The notes under the pieces were generated by a model. That model did not search any database and was not told where the DNA came from. It saw nothing but the letters and a program-made list of their open reading frames with translations. Below, piece by piece: positions 28,351 through 37,488 of a stretch of 64,000 nucleotides of DNA; positions within the stretch are counted from its first letter, which is position 1; the number at the start of each line of letters is the position of its first letter. The stretch comes from Clostridia bacterium (GTDB taxonomy: Bacteria; Bacillota; Clostridia; TANB77; CAG-465), in assembly GCA_030524345.1 (NCBI GenBank), contig JAUNGP010000003.1:3775-67774 (forward strand). The letters run 5' to 3'. A program made the position numbers and the translations under genes.

Positions 28351-28373
28351 CCTCATTGTGTACTACAATGAGG
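28351..28373. terminator. bidirectional hairpin terminator
   Basis: CCTCATTGT / ACAATGAGG stem with T-runs on both strands. It abuts the stop of the DUF512 gene. Confidence 0.7.
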
Positions 28374-29786
28374 TTATTTTATACCATTTTCATAACTTTG
28401 CCTTGGACTAGTATCGCCAAGTTTTAAGATCTTTTTATTTTTGACATTCAATATCGTAGACTCAATAAACACTTTAGCACTACCATCTGTTACAACAATA
28501 GGAAGCTTTAATTCTTTTTGTAAGTCTTCAAGTTTTGTATCATCTAAAAAAATATCTTCGTCATCTTTTAGCATAACTCTTGGAATCACAATATATTCGC
28601 CAATATTAATACCATCTTCTTTTAGCCCATGAAGCGTTTTTAATATATCTCTTCCCGTAATCAAACCAGTAACGGTAATTTGTTCTCCAAAATATTCATT
28701 CTCTACTGCTATGATATTAATGTTTAAGTTACCTACTCGTGCTTGTATTGCTTTTGCCTTTTTTTTCATATAATCTTCAACAATTTTTCCTGTTATCATA
28801 GAAATTGTCTTGCTCTTCGGATATGAAATATTCTTTTCTTTTAATTGCTTGATTTCTTTTTTAAAGTCATGCTCAAAAAGTGCTGTCATTCCAATTCCAT
28901 CTTCTATTTGTCCGAATTCACCATAGTCAGAATAATTTGGCATTTTTCTACCCGCTTTTAAATAAAATTCATCTGCTAAAAATACCAGCGGTGTTTTAAA
29001 CTTCTTTTTAAATTTTTCTTGATATTTAGAAACCAAATCAATTGTATTTTCACAATCTTCTTTACTTAATGCTTCTAATGGATAAAGGCCATCTCTATTA
29101 TTAGAAAGTCCAACTGGTACAATACATATACTTTTTAAAACAGGTGCATACTTAGACAAATCAACAATTGTCTTTTTCAATATATTCCCATCATTGATTC
29201 CCTTACAAAGAACAATTTGCGTATTTATTGAAATTCCTGCCTGATAAAATCTATCTAAATATTCTAACACTTTGCCAGCATGACGATTGTTTAGCATCAT
29301 ACACCTTACTTTTTCGTCTGTTGCATGAATTGATATATTAATAGGAGAAAGTCTATATCGAATAATTCTATCTACATCAATATCTTTCATGTTAGTCATA
29401 GTAATATAATTTCCAGAAAAAAAGGAAAGCCTATAATCATCATCTTTAAATATTAATGTCTCCCTTACATTATCTGGTAATTGTTCCATAAAGCAAAATA
29501 TACACTTGTTATAGCAACTACGTGGTTCATCAATTAGTTCCGACTCAAATATAATTCCTAAGTCTTCAGACTCATCCTTTTCTATCTCATATATTTCTAT
29601 CGTACCATCCTTATGCTCTATTTCAATTTCTAAATACTCATCTGCGACATTAAATTTGTAATCTAGTATATCGACGATTTTTTCACCATTTAAAGTTAGA
29701 ATCAAATCTCCTTTTTTTAAGCCTATTTCTTCTGCGATACTACCTTTTTTTACACCATAAATCAATACTTTATCTATATAAATCAC
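28374..29786 (-). CDS. PDZ + radical-SAM-like + DUF512 protein (TIGR03279-type)
   Basis: N-terminal PDZ-like KGSIAEEIGLKKGDLILTLNGEKI, then the CxxxCxxC cluster CYNKCIFC, then a long DUF512-like C-terminus. GTG start with a weak RBS. Confidence 0.75.
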   Translation of the reverse strand: MIYIDKVLIYGVKKGSIAEEIGLKKGDLILTLNGEKIVDILDYKFNVADEYLEIEIEHKDGTIEIYEIEKDESEDLGIIFESELIDEPRSCYNKCIFCFMEQLPDNVRETLIFKDDDYRLSFFSGNYITMTNMKDIDVDRIIRYRLSPINISIHATDEKVRCMMLNNRHAGKVLEYLDRFYQAGISINTQIVLCKGINDGNILKKTIVDLSKYAPVLKSICIVPVGLSNNRDGLYPLEALSKEDCENTIDLVSKYQEKFKKKFKTPLVFLADEFYLKAGRKMPNYSDYGEFGQIEDGIGMTALFEHDFKKEIKQLKEKNISYPKSKTISMITGKIVEDYMKKKAKAIQARVGNLNINIIAVENEYFGEQITVTGLITGRDILKTLHGLKEDGINIGEYIVIPRVMLKDDEDIFLDDTKLEDLQKELKLPIVVTDGSAKVFIESTILNVKNKKILKLGDTSPRQSYENGIK

Positions 29787-29805
29787 CTCAAACTATACGA
29801 AAAAA

Positions 29806-29824
29806 CCCCACATACCATGTGGAG
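29806..29824 (-). terminator. terminator after rpmF
   Basis: CCACAT / ATGTGG stem followed by TTTTTT on the reverse strand. Confidence 0.5.
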
Positions 29825-29837
29825 CAAATACTTCGAA

Positions 29838-30038
29838 TTAGTCTTCTTTATTTTCATTTTTTTCTTTAATTTCAACTACTTGTTTTTTGTTATAATATCC
29901 ACAAGAAGGACATGCTTTGTGTGAAAGTATTGCCTCACCACAATTTTGACAAGTAGATAAATTTGTTTCTTCTAGTTTCCATGTAGAACGTTTTTTATGT
30001 GTTCTTTGTTTAGACCATCTTCTTTTTGGTTGTGCCAT
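29838..30038 (-). CDS. rpmF: 50S ribosomal protein L32
   Basis: Starts MAQPKRRWSKQRTHKKRSTWK and has the zinc ribbon C..C...C..C. RBS is AAGGAGGGAAATAGA. The ORF track adds 20 residues. Confidence 0.9.
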   Translation of the reverse strand: MAQPKRRWSKQRTHKKRSTWKLEETNLSTCQNCGEAILSHKACPSCGYYNKKQVVEIKEKNENKED

Positions 30039-30322
30039 TCTATTTCCCTCCTTAAAAGGCTCCTGTTCTAATAAAATAGAACATAATACCCTTGTCAACT
30101 CAATTGTTACTCGTATATTATATAATAGATACTCTGGAAAGTCAAGATGTTGTTAAAAAGTTATTTGATTTTTCTTCTTTCATTTTTGTAAAAAGAGGAA
30201 AAAATTGCACTAATAAAGTCTATTTATTATATTTTTTTCAAAAAAAGTTCTATTTATTTGACACATATGATATAATGTAATATGTTGTGATTTTTGTTCT
30301 TGTTTAATTAAAGGAGAGGGTT

Positions 30323-30997
30323 ATGTTGACTGCTGAAAAAATAGAAGGACTGCTCAAAGTCCAAATCAATTGTGAGGAAGGTAGACTTTTGCGACTGATG
30401 TCTTGTGATAATTCTATCAAAAGTATATTTGTTTACCATTCATTCGATTCATCAATTCCATGTAGATTTGATTTACGGGTAAAAACTGCTATATCCATTT
30501 TTAATGATATGGTAAATTATATACTCCAAAATGAAGGAAATGTAGACAAAAGTAAAATTGCTGAAATCGATATGAATTCAATTCTTCCTACAAAGGAAAT
30601 TATTGCAAATGCAATGATTGAAATCCAAAATTGGTATATACTGTTAAAAGAAATATTAGAAAAATGTAGTTTGTCTGAACTCTATGAAAGAGCAACCAAA
30701 TTATCTATGATGAACTATATTATACTAGCTAATTTTTGCGGTATTACTGATTTTTGTAAAAACATTAATAACTCTAGAATGCTTAGACGTTTTTCTAATT
30801 TCCAAAACCAAACAAATCAACTTTCTAGAGGATCTATTCCACTTGGAGCATATTTAAATGAAGTACAAAATCATAAAGAATACATTGAAAGTATGTATAA
30901 AATCTATGCCGAATTTGAATTAGAAGAAGAAGATTTTTTACAGTTCATGTTACTTTTTGACATCAGAAAAAATAAAAATATACTTCATAAAAAATGA
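30323..30997 (+). CDS. hypothetical protein
   Basis: 224-aa ORF with an AAAGGAGAGGG RBS and its own terminator. No family recognised. Confidence 0.6.
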   Translation: MLTAEKIEGLLKVQINCEEGRLLRLMSCDNSIKSIFVYHSFDSSIPCRFDLRVKTAISIFNDMVNYILQNEGNVDKSKIAEIDMNSILPTKEIIANAMIEIQNWYILLKEILEKCSLSELYERATKLSMMNYIILANFCGITDFCKNINNSRMLRRFSNFQNQTNQLSRGSIPLGAYLNEVQNHKEYIESMYKIYAEFELEEEDFLQFMLLFDIRKNKNILHKK

Positions 30998-31006
30998 CTG
31001 GGTTTT

Positions 31007-31042
31007 AATAAGAATAAATGGTATCCACTATTTATTCTTATT
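31007..31042 (+). terminator. hairpin terminator
   Basis: 13-bp stem AATAAGAATAAAT / ATTTATTCTTATT followed by a T-tract. Confidence 0.65.
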
Positions 31043-31076
31043 TTTATTTATGATATAATAATGCAAAGGTGATATT

Positions 31077-31367
31077 ATGAACTTATATTTAATCCTGGGA
31101 ATTTATATTGTTGTAATCAATATTTTTGGATTTTTAGCTATGAAATTAGATAAAGAGTTAGCCAAAAAACATATGTGGAGAATTAGTGAAAAAGCACTTT
31201 TTTCCTTTGCTTTATTCTTAGGTGCTCCTGGTGTTCTTGCTGGAATGTACACTTTCAGACATAAGACAAAACATACTACTTTTGTTGTCTTAGTACCAAC
31301 ACTTATCATATGTAATATCATATGTATTTATCTAATCATAACCAAATTGTTTCCCATAATTCAGTAA
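31077..31367 (+). CDS. DUF1294-family membrane protein
   Basis: Contains DK..AKK..WRISEK.L......GG-like GAPGVLAGMYTFRHKTKH. Confidence 0.8.
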   Translation: MNLYLILGIYIVVINIFGFLAMKLDKELAKKHMWRISEKALFSFALFLGAPGVLAGMYTFRHKTKHTTFVVLVPTLIICNIICIYLIITKLFPIIQ

Positions 31368-31370
31368 AAA

Positions 31371-31398
31371 TAAGAGGATTTTTTTCGTAATCCTCTTA
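31371..31398. terminator. bidirectional hairpin terminator (DUF1294 gene / argS)
   Basis: TAAGAGGATT / AATCCTCTTA stem with a TTTTTCGT loop. Confidence 0.7.
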
Positions 31399-31406
31399 TT
31401 CTCTTT

Positions 31407-33116
31407 CTACATTTTTTCAGGGCATTGTATGCCAATCAGAGATAATCCTTTTTTAATGACAATACTTGTAGCGTATACTAAGCTACATCTTGCTTCTTTT
31501 AGCTTTTCATTCTCTACTATAACAGAACATTCATTATAAAATCTTGAGAAAAGTGTAGCCACCTCTATCAAATAACGCGTAAGAATAGAAGGTTCATACT
31601 CCTCAGTTGCTTTGAGTATGACTTGTGGAAACTTATCAAGTTCTTTAATAAGCTCTACTTCTTGTTTTGTATTTAATAGATGAAAATCAATATCACTTGT
31701 TTCTTTTTCATAAAATCCGGCTTTTTCTAAAATAGATTTTGCCCTTACATATGTATATTGAACATATGGTCCAGTTTCTCCATCAAATCTTAATGTTTCA
31801 TCTAGATCAAATATAATATCTTTGACTTTACTAGTTTTTAGATAGTTAAATATTAAAGCTCCAATTCCAATTTGTTTTGCTACTTCATCAATATTTTCAA
31901 TATTAGGATTTTTAGCTAGTATAATCCCTTTTGCCTTACTAATAGCATCGTTGATTAAATCATTGATATAAATGACAGTTCCTTCTCTTGTTGACATTTT
32001 ACCAGTTTTTAATCTAATCATTCCATATGCGATATGTACAAGACCTTTTTGATATTTTTCGTCAACTAGATACTTAGCTGCTTCAAATATTTGTCTAAAA
32101 TGAAGTATTTGCTCTGTTGCCGTAATATAGATACATTTTGTAAAATCATATGTCCTAGCCCTATATAAAATAGCAGCTAAATCACGTGTTGCATATATTG
32201 TAGAGCCATTTGACTTTAATACAATACAAGGCGGAATATCATCTCCTACATTTACAACCTTTGCACCTTGACTATCTACCAAAGCACCCTTTTTATCTAG
32301 TATTTCCACCACTTCATCCATCTTATCACTATAGAAAGCTTCCCCATTATAAGAATCAAATTTAGATCCAAGTATCTCATAAATTCTTTTATATTCTTTT
32401 AAAGATACTTCCCTAAAAAATTCCCATAGTTTATAAAGTTCCTGATCTCCTTCTTCAAGTTTTTTGAAATTTTCACGAGCAATATCCATAATCTTTTCAT
32501 CTTCTTTTGCAAGCTGATTAATTCTTACATAAATTTCAGATAAAACATTTAATGAATCTTTGCTAATATCATATTCGTCTTTAAACCTTCTATATCCCTC
32601 GATTAAAAGGCCAAATTGTCTTCCCCAGTCTCCCAAATGATTAATTCCTATCACATGATATCCAAGTGTCTGATATAAATTATATAATGCACTCCCTAAA
32701 ACAGTATTTCTAAAATGTCCTAAATGGAAAGGTTTTGCAATATTAGGAGAAGAATATTCAACAATAATATTTTTTCCATTTCCAATATAACTTGATCCAT
32801 AGTTTTCCTTCTCATTTAAGATTTTTTTCAACACATTATTTGTAACATCTAAATTGTTAAGGTAAAAGTTTAAGTAGCCACCTACTACTTCTACTCTATC
32901 AATCTTTGAATCTAATACTATCTTTTCTTTAATATTATTTGCTATATCAATTGGTGACTTTCTTAACACCTTTGAAAGATGAAAACAAGGATAAGCAAAA
33001 TCACCATTTTTATTATCTTTAGGTATTTCTATCTTATCTAATATATCTTCCCTTAAAACTTTTTTATCTAATGCTTTTTCGATACTTATGGCAATATTTT
33101 CTTTTATTTCTTCCAT
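31407..33116 (-). CDS. argS: arginine--tRNA ligase
   Basis: Class I HIGH-type motif (SSPNIAKPFHLGHFRN) and an anticodon-binding C-terminus. The start at 33116 follows an AAGGAG RBS. The ORF-track N-terminus would lie upstream of the promoter. Confidence 0.95.
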   Translation of the reverse strand: MEEIKENIAISIEKALDKKVLREDILDKIEIPKDNKNGDFAYPCFHLSKVLRKSPIDIANNIKEKIVLDSKIDRVEVVGGYLNFYLNNLDVTNNVLKKILNEKENYGSSYIGNGKNIIVEYSSPNIAKPFHLGHFRNTVLGSALYNLYQTLGYHVIGINHLGDWGRQFGLLIEGYRRFKDEYDISKDSLNVLSEIYVRINQLAKEDEKIMDIARENFKKLEEGDQELYKLWEFFREVSLKEYKRIYEILGSKFDSYNGEAFYSDKMDEVVEILDKKGALVDSQGAKVVNVGDDIPPCIVLKSNGSTIYATRDLAAILYRARTYDFTKCIYITATEQILHFRQIFEAAKYLVDEKYQKGLVHIAYGMIRLKTGKMSTREGTVIYINDLINDAISKAKGIILAKNPNIENIDEVAKQIGIGALIFNYLKTSKVKDIIFDLDETLRFDGETGPYVQYTYVRAKSILEKAGFYEKETSDIDFHLLNTKQEVELIKELDKFPQVILKATEEYEPSILTRYLIEVATLFSRFYNECSVIVENEKLKEARCSLVYATSIVIKKGLSLIGIQCPEKM

Positions 33117-33156
33117 ACATATCACTCCTTTTTGTAAAATGTAAATTAATATTAAT

Positions 33157-33185
33157 ATTTTACTACATAAATACAAAAAATTCAA
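33157..33185 (-). promoter_or_regulatory. sigma-A type promoter for argS
   Basis: Reverse strand reads TTGAAT, 17 nt, TAAAAT. Confidence 0.5.
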
Positions 33186-33253
33186 GTAAAATTTCATGGA
33201 TACTACATTTACACCTGCTTAGTCATATTTTATTGTTTTTCATTAATTATATA

Positions 33254-33282
33254 TTGTTTTTCGATATATAATATGATATAAT
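33254..33282 (+). promoter_or_regulatory. sigma-A type promoter for dxs
   Basis: TTGTTT, 17 nt, TATAAT (TGn-extended). Confidence 0.5.
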
Positions 33283-33311
33283 CACATAAATTATATATTG
33301 GGAGTGATCAT

Positions 33312-35210
33312 ATGAAATATTTAGATAAAATAAATTATCCAAATGATCTAAAAAAATTAAAAAGAACAGAACTTGAAACATTATGTCAAGAAATACGAGA
33401 TTTTCTAATAGATCATTTGTCACTAACAGGAGGGCATCTTAGTTCAAACTTAGGAGTTGTTGAACTAACTGTTGCAATGCATTATATATTTAACGCCCCT
33501 GAAGACAAATTTATATTTGATGTTAGCCATCAATGCTACATTCATAAAATTCTTACAGGACGAAAGAATGAATTTAATACTTTAAGACAAGATCACGGAC
33601 TTAGTGGTTTTACCAATCGAGATGAAAGTAAATATGATACCTTTACCCTTGGACACAGTTCTACTTCTATTGCTATGGCAACAGGCCTTGCTATCGCTAG
33701 AGACTTGAAAAAAGAAGAAAATAAGGTAATTGCAGTAATTGGGGATGGTTCGTTGACTGGCGGACTTGCCTATGAAGGACTCAATAATATCAACAATTTA
33801 AAATCAAATATCATCGTTATTTTAAATGACAACGATATGTCAATTTCTAAAAGTGTAGGAGCACTGACCAAATATTTAAATAGACTTCGTTCTAGGAAAA
33901 AATACTTTCATTTTAAAGCAAATACTGCAAATGTATTAAATACTGTATATCTTGGAAAATATATCTTAAAACATCTGACAAATGTAAAACGATATCTAAA
34001 ATACCATTTTGTCAATCAAAGTGTTATATTTGAAAACTTTGGATTTAAATATATTGGTCCAATAGATGGAAATGATATATCTTCACTTCTTACTGTATTT
34101 GATGAAATCAAAAATCTACATGAGCCTATTCTTTTACACGTGAAAACACAAAAAGGAAAAGGCTACTCATATGCTGAAAATAATCCAACTGCATTTCACG
34201 GTGTAGGAAAATTTGAAAAAAGCTCTGGAATCATCAAAAAAAGTAATGCTTTAACATATAGCAAAGTAGCTGGTAATAAACTATTAAAAATGGCAAATAA
34301 AAATAAGGATTTTGTAGTGATAACTGCAGCAATGATGGACGGTACTGGTATAGCACCATTTGAAAGGAAACATAAAGATCGTTTCTTTGATGTAGGCATT
34401 GCAGAAGAATATGCTGTAAGCTTTAGTGCAGGCATTTCGAGGCAAGGCCTAAAGCCGATCTTCTTGGTTTATTCTACTTTTATCCAAAGGGCCTATGATC
34501 AAATTATTCATGATATCTGTTTAAATCATTTATTTGCAATGTTTTTAATCGATAGAGCAGGAATTGTAGGAGAAGATGGCAAGACACATCAAGGAATCTA
34601 CGATATAGCTATGTTATCCAATATTCCTAATCTGCTTGTACTCGCACCAAGAGACACAAAAGAACTTGAAAATATGATAGATTTTGGAATATCTCAAGAT
34701 TTACCTATCGCAATTAGGTACCCAAAAGGCTCTTCCTATTCTTCTACATTTAAGAGTTATGACTCAATCAGACTTGGAAAATTTGAAATATTAAGCCATG
34801 GAAAGCAAATTGCAATTTTAGGTCTTGGTGCTTTCTTTGAAACAGCAGAAAAAGTATATCAAAATTTAAAAGAGAGAGGATTTCATCCAACACTGATTAA
34901 TCCACGCTTTGCGGCACCAATAGACAAAGAAAATTTAAAAGAAATAGCAAATACTCATGATCTGATTATCACTCTTGAAGATGGAATATTAAGTGGTGGA
35001 TTTGCATCTAAAGTAACAGAATTCTTATACGAAAATGGGCTCAATCAAAAAGTAGACGTATTAAGTTTTGGCTTTCCCAAAGATTTTATTGAACACGGAA
35101 AAAGAAATGAAATCATTCAAAAATACGCTCTTGATGTAGAGAGTATCACAAATACTATTTTAAGCAAATTGGGTGAACAAAGTCATTTCAAAACAATCAT
35201 CAATTTATAA
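33312..35210 (+). CDS. dxs: 1-deoxy-D-xylulose-5-phosphate synthase
   Basis: 632 aa with GGHLSSNLGVVELT, the thiamine-PP motif GDGSLTGGLAYEGLNN and IAEEYAV. Confidence 0.95.
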   Translation: MKYLDKINYPNDLKKLKRTELETLCQEIRDFLIDHLSLTGGHLSSNLGVVELTVAMHYIFNAPEDKFIFDVSHQCYIHKILTGRKNEFNTLRQDHGLSGFTNRDESKYDTFTLGHSSTSIAMATGLAIARDLKKEENKVIAVIGDGSLTGGLAYEGLNNINNLKSNIIVILNDNDMSISKSVGALTKYLNRLRSRKKYFHFKANTANVLNTVYLGKYILKHLTNVKRYLKYHFVNQSVIFENFGFKYIGPIDGNDISSLLTVFDEIKNLHEPILLHVKTQKGKGYSYAENNPTAFHGVGKFEKSSGIIKKSNALTYSKVAGNKLLKMANKNKDFVVITAAMMDGTGIAPFERKHKDRFFDVGIAEEYAVSFSAGISRQGLKPIFLVYSTFIQRAYDQIIHDICLNHLFAMFLIDRAGIVGEDGKTHQGIYDIAMLSNIPNLLVLAPRDTKELENMIDFGISQDLPIAIRYPKGSSYSSTFKSYDSIRLGKFEILSHGKQIAILGLGAFFETAEKVYQNLKERGFHPTLINPRFAAPIDKENLKEIANTHDLIITLEDGILSGGFASKVTEFLYENGLNQKVDVLSFGFPKDFIEHGKRNEIIQKYALDVESITNTILSKLGEQSHFKTIINL

Positions 35211-35214
35211 TACT

Positions 35215-35238
35215 AAAATCCCACCTAGTGGGATTTTT
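35215..35238. terminator. bidirectional hairpin terminator
   Basis: AAAATCCCA / TGGGATTTT stem with a 5-nt loop, between two convergent genes. Confidence 0.7.
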
Positions 35239-35242
35239 TAGT

Positions 35243-35665
35243 TTATTCAAACTGAAATAAATTTAGACCAATTTCAGGATCAAATTCTCTTTTTACATTA
35301 CCATCACAAATGTCTAAAACCATTTCACAAGTAGCACTAATATAACAGTAATTTAGATGTCCACCATATACATTTTGATTTCCATCTGCAATATTAATAT
35401 GTAGATGAATATATACCTCGTCATCTTTTCTTGAAACATTTCCTATAAGACTTGTGATTTCAAAGCTATCATTTAATTCTTTAGAGTAGTACTTCTTCTC
35501 AGTAATATTAAAAAGTCCCACTTTCACTTTATTTGCAGCACCAATTGCACTAACAGAAGCAAACTTTATATCATTCTCTTCACATATTTTCGTTAAAGAC
35601 TCTATTACTTCTTCGCCTTTATCCATCCTTACAACTATTTTATTTCCAAATTTTCTGTATTCCAT
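35243..35665 (-). CDS. PPC (DUF296) domain protein
   Basis: About 140 aa with ...AIGA...V.L.......Y and GGHL motifs. ATG start at 35665 after an AAGGGGGA RBS. The ORF track begins one codon earlier at TTG. Confidence 0.8.
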   Translation of the reverse strand: MEYRKFGNKIVVRMDKGEEVIESLTKICEENDIKFASVSAIGAANKVKVGLFNITEKKYYSKELNDSFEITSLIGNVSRKDDEVYIHLHINIADGNQNVYGGHLNYCYISATCEMVLDICDGNVKREFDPEIGLNLFQFE

Positions 35666-35983
35666 CAATAAATTCCCCCTTTTGAATACCTTTCTATAAT
35701 TTGATATATCCTATCTCTATCATCATCTTTTGCTACTATATTCCTTACTTCTGCGCCACATTTACTACATTTATATATTACTACTTCTCCTTTTTTAGAA
35801 GTATTGATAATATTAATCGGTACTAGTAGACCTTTGCAATCATTTAGTCTATCTCCGAGGTTCTATATCCACATGCAACGAATACAAACAAAAATTACAA
35901 TGATCACGAGATGTATACCCTAATTTTTCCACTTTTTTTCCACAATTTTTACAAATAAAGCCATTATCATTTTTTATAAACAT
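35665..35983 (-). pseudogene. RNHCP-domain protein gene interrupted by a 1-nt frameshift
   Basis: Frame a reads MFIKNDNGFICKNCGKKVEKLGYTSRDHCNFCLYSLHVDIEPRR*. Frame b continues GDRLNDCKGLLVPINIINTSKKGEVVIYKCSKCGAEVRNIVAKDDDRDRIYQII.... Deleting one C in CCTCGGAG (35853..35860) restores ...HVDIEPGDRLNDC.... Confidence 0.7.
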
Positions 35984-36009
35984 AATTCCTCCATATTTTC
36001 TTTCTATAT

Positions 36010-36038
36010 ATTTTACTATATGATTTCATTTTTTTCAA
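36010..36038 (-). promoter_or_regulatory. sigma-A type promoter for the RNHCP/PPC unit
   Basis: Reverse strand reads TTGAAA, 17 nt, TAAAAT. Confidence 0.5.
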
Positions 36039-36046
36039 GAAAAAAA

Positions 36047-36073
36047 TCTAGATTGTAAAGCTTGCAACCTAGA
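36047..36073 (-). terminator. hairpin terminator closing the island
   Basis: Imperfect TCTAG.TTG... / ...CAA.CTAGA hairpin followed by TTTTTTT on the reverse strand. Confidence 0.6.
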
Positions 36074-36123
36074 TTGAAATGAATAAATTATTTCACATCT
36101 TCAAATGAAGTAAAACTGAAAAT

Positions 36124-36161
36124 AATCAGAAATATTTACTGTCACAATAAATATTTCTGAT
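36124..36161 (-). terminator. hairpin directly after the 36171 gene
   Basis: Perfect 13-bp stem ATCAGAAATATTT / AAATATTTCTGAT with a 12-nt loop. Confidence 0.45.
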
Positions 36162-36170
36162 CACTTTTCA

Positions 36171-36863
36171 CTAATTCCTATGAGGTACATAAATGCATCT
36201 TACAGACAATGGATGTTCAGGTCTCCATTTCTTCATGATCTCTTCTGTTTTAGTATATTTAGGAATAAAAGCAATATGCTCATATCCAAACATGCACATA
36301 ATTCCAGTAAGCACCTGAGATTTTCCTTGCGCTTTTTCTTCAATGACCTCATGAAACCCTTTCTCATTTTCCAAATACTGAATAATGTAGTCACTTCTTA
36401 AAACAATAACGTCTTCTTCCGATTTACACTTAAGTAATGCATCCTCTAAAATCTTTTGCAATACTTCGGTTTTTGCAACCTCTTTCATCTCCTCAATTCT
36501 AACCAAAATAGAGTTTAGCTCTCTTGTTAAGTAGATTAATAAAGTACATTCCCTTTTGAGTCCCATATTGGTTTGTAATTTTTTCTTTTTAGGAATATAT
36601 ACTTTTTCGCATTTTTTTCCTAAAAACTCCATATATAATTGATATTCTTCCCAAAGCATTTCTATACGATCCACCACAGCAATATATTGATAATATAGAG
36701 TTCTTAGTTCATTTACAGTAAAAGAAAAGTCCCCCATAATTGCTTCATACTCTTCCTCTGTTAGAAAACAATATTTTCTAGGCATCCGAATCCGATGTTC
36801 TTTTACAAAATTACTATTTTCCTCTGATAAAAACCTATGAGATCCATCAAAATTATTTTTCAT
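36171..36863 (-). CDS. hypothetical protein (island gene 1)
   Basis: 230-aa ORF starting at ATG 36863 (RBS AAAGGA). The ORF track starts at 36902. G+C is higher than in the flanks. No family recognised. Confidence 0.55.
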   Translation of the reverse strand: MKNNFDGSHRFLSEENSNFVKEHRIRMPRKYCFLTEEEYEAIMGDFSFTVNELRTLYYQYIAVVDRIEMLWEEYQLYMEFLGKKCEKVYIPKKKKLQTNMGLKRECTLLIYLTRELNSILVRIEEMKEVAKTEVLQKILEDALLKCKSEEDVIVLRSDYIIQYLENEKGFHEVIEEKAQGKSQVLTGIMCMFGYEHIAFIPKYTKTEEIMKKWRPEHPLSVRCIYVPHRN

Positions 36864-36915
36864 CTGCAAAATCCTTTCTCTTAATATAAACCAAATTAAC
36901 ATCTTCTACAAAGTC

Positions 36916-36944
36916 ATTTTATCATAAATATGCTATCAAGTAAA
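36916..36944 (-). promoter_or_regulatory. sigma-A type promoter (island gene 1)
   Basis: Reverse strand reads TTTACT, 17 nt, TAAAAT (TGn-extended). Confidence 0.45.
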
Positions 36945-36956
36945 TTATATCATCAT

Positions 36957-37370
36957 TTATTTCAAAATTTTCTCTTTATAGTAGTTTACTTGTGCTACCA
37001 TATGACCTATATTTCCTTCTCCAGCATAGATATCCATATCAAAGAAATTATCATTTTTATCCATCCAATAAAGTTTATTGATCTCTTCTATCAGAAAAAC
37101 ATCTTCTTTTAATTTTCCAGCAAACACTTCTAATATGTAACCAGACATGTTATAGTCAATATCCATCAAATGACTCAAAACGATATTATCTCGGCCAATA
37201 CCAGTTTCCTCAAAAAGTTCTCTATAGGCGCTATCTAAACTCTCTTCACCAGGTTCTACTTTTCCACCTACCAAATTATACTTTCCTTTATATGGTTCTT
37301 TTTCCCTTTTACAAAACAAGATCTTATCCCCATTTTTATTATATACTAAAATGACATTATACTTTTTCAA
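36957..37370 (-). CDS. NUDIX hydrolase (island gene 2)
   Basis: Nudix box GGKVEPGEESLDSAYRELFEETGI. I place the start at TTG 37370 after GGGGTG, because the ORF-track start at 37394 coincides with the predicted -10 box. Confidence 0.75.
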   Translation of the reverse strand: MKKYNVILVYNKNGDKILFCKREKEPYKGKYNLVGGKVEPGEESLDSAYRELFEETGIGRDNIVLSHLMDIDYNMSGYILEVFAGKLKEDVFLIEEINKLYWMDKNDNFFDMDIYAGEGNIGHMVAQVNYYKEKILK

Positions 37371-37393
37371 AACTAACACCCCATTTTGTCTCA

Positions 37394-37422
37394 ATTTTAC
37401 TACAATGCCAATTAGAAATCAA
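37394..37422 (-). promoter_or_regulatory. sigma-A type promoter (NUDIX gene)
   Basis: Reverse strand reads TTGATT, 17 nt, TAAAAT. Confidence 0.45.
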
Positions 37423-37438
37423 TATTTACAAAGAAAAA

Positions 37439-37463
37439 GGCCTGTGTAAATTATACACAGACC
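37439..37463 (-). terminator. hairpin terminator (island gene 3)
   Basis: GGCCTGTGTA / TACACAGACC stem (9 of 10 bp) followed by TTTTTCTTT on the reverse strand. Confidence 0.6.
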
Positions 37464-37488
37464 TAAATTAAAACTATTTCAAATATGA

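Noticed and set aside
30065-30082. Palindrome GTTCTAATAAAATAGAAC in the rpmF leader or promoter region, considered as a LexA box.
   Set aside because: The half-site orientation is inverted (GTTC...GAAC with a 10-nt spacer) relative to LexA boxes. It is more likely a small leader hairpin or a chance AT-rich palindrome.
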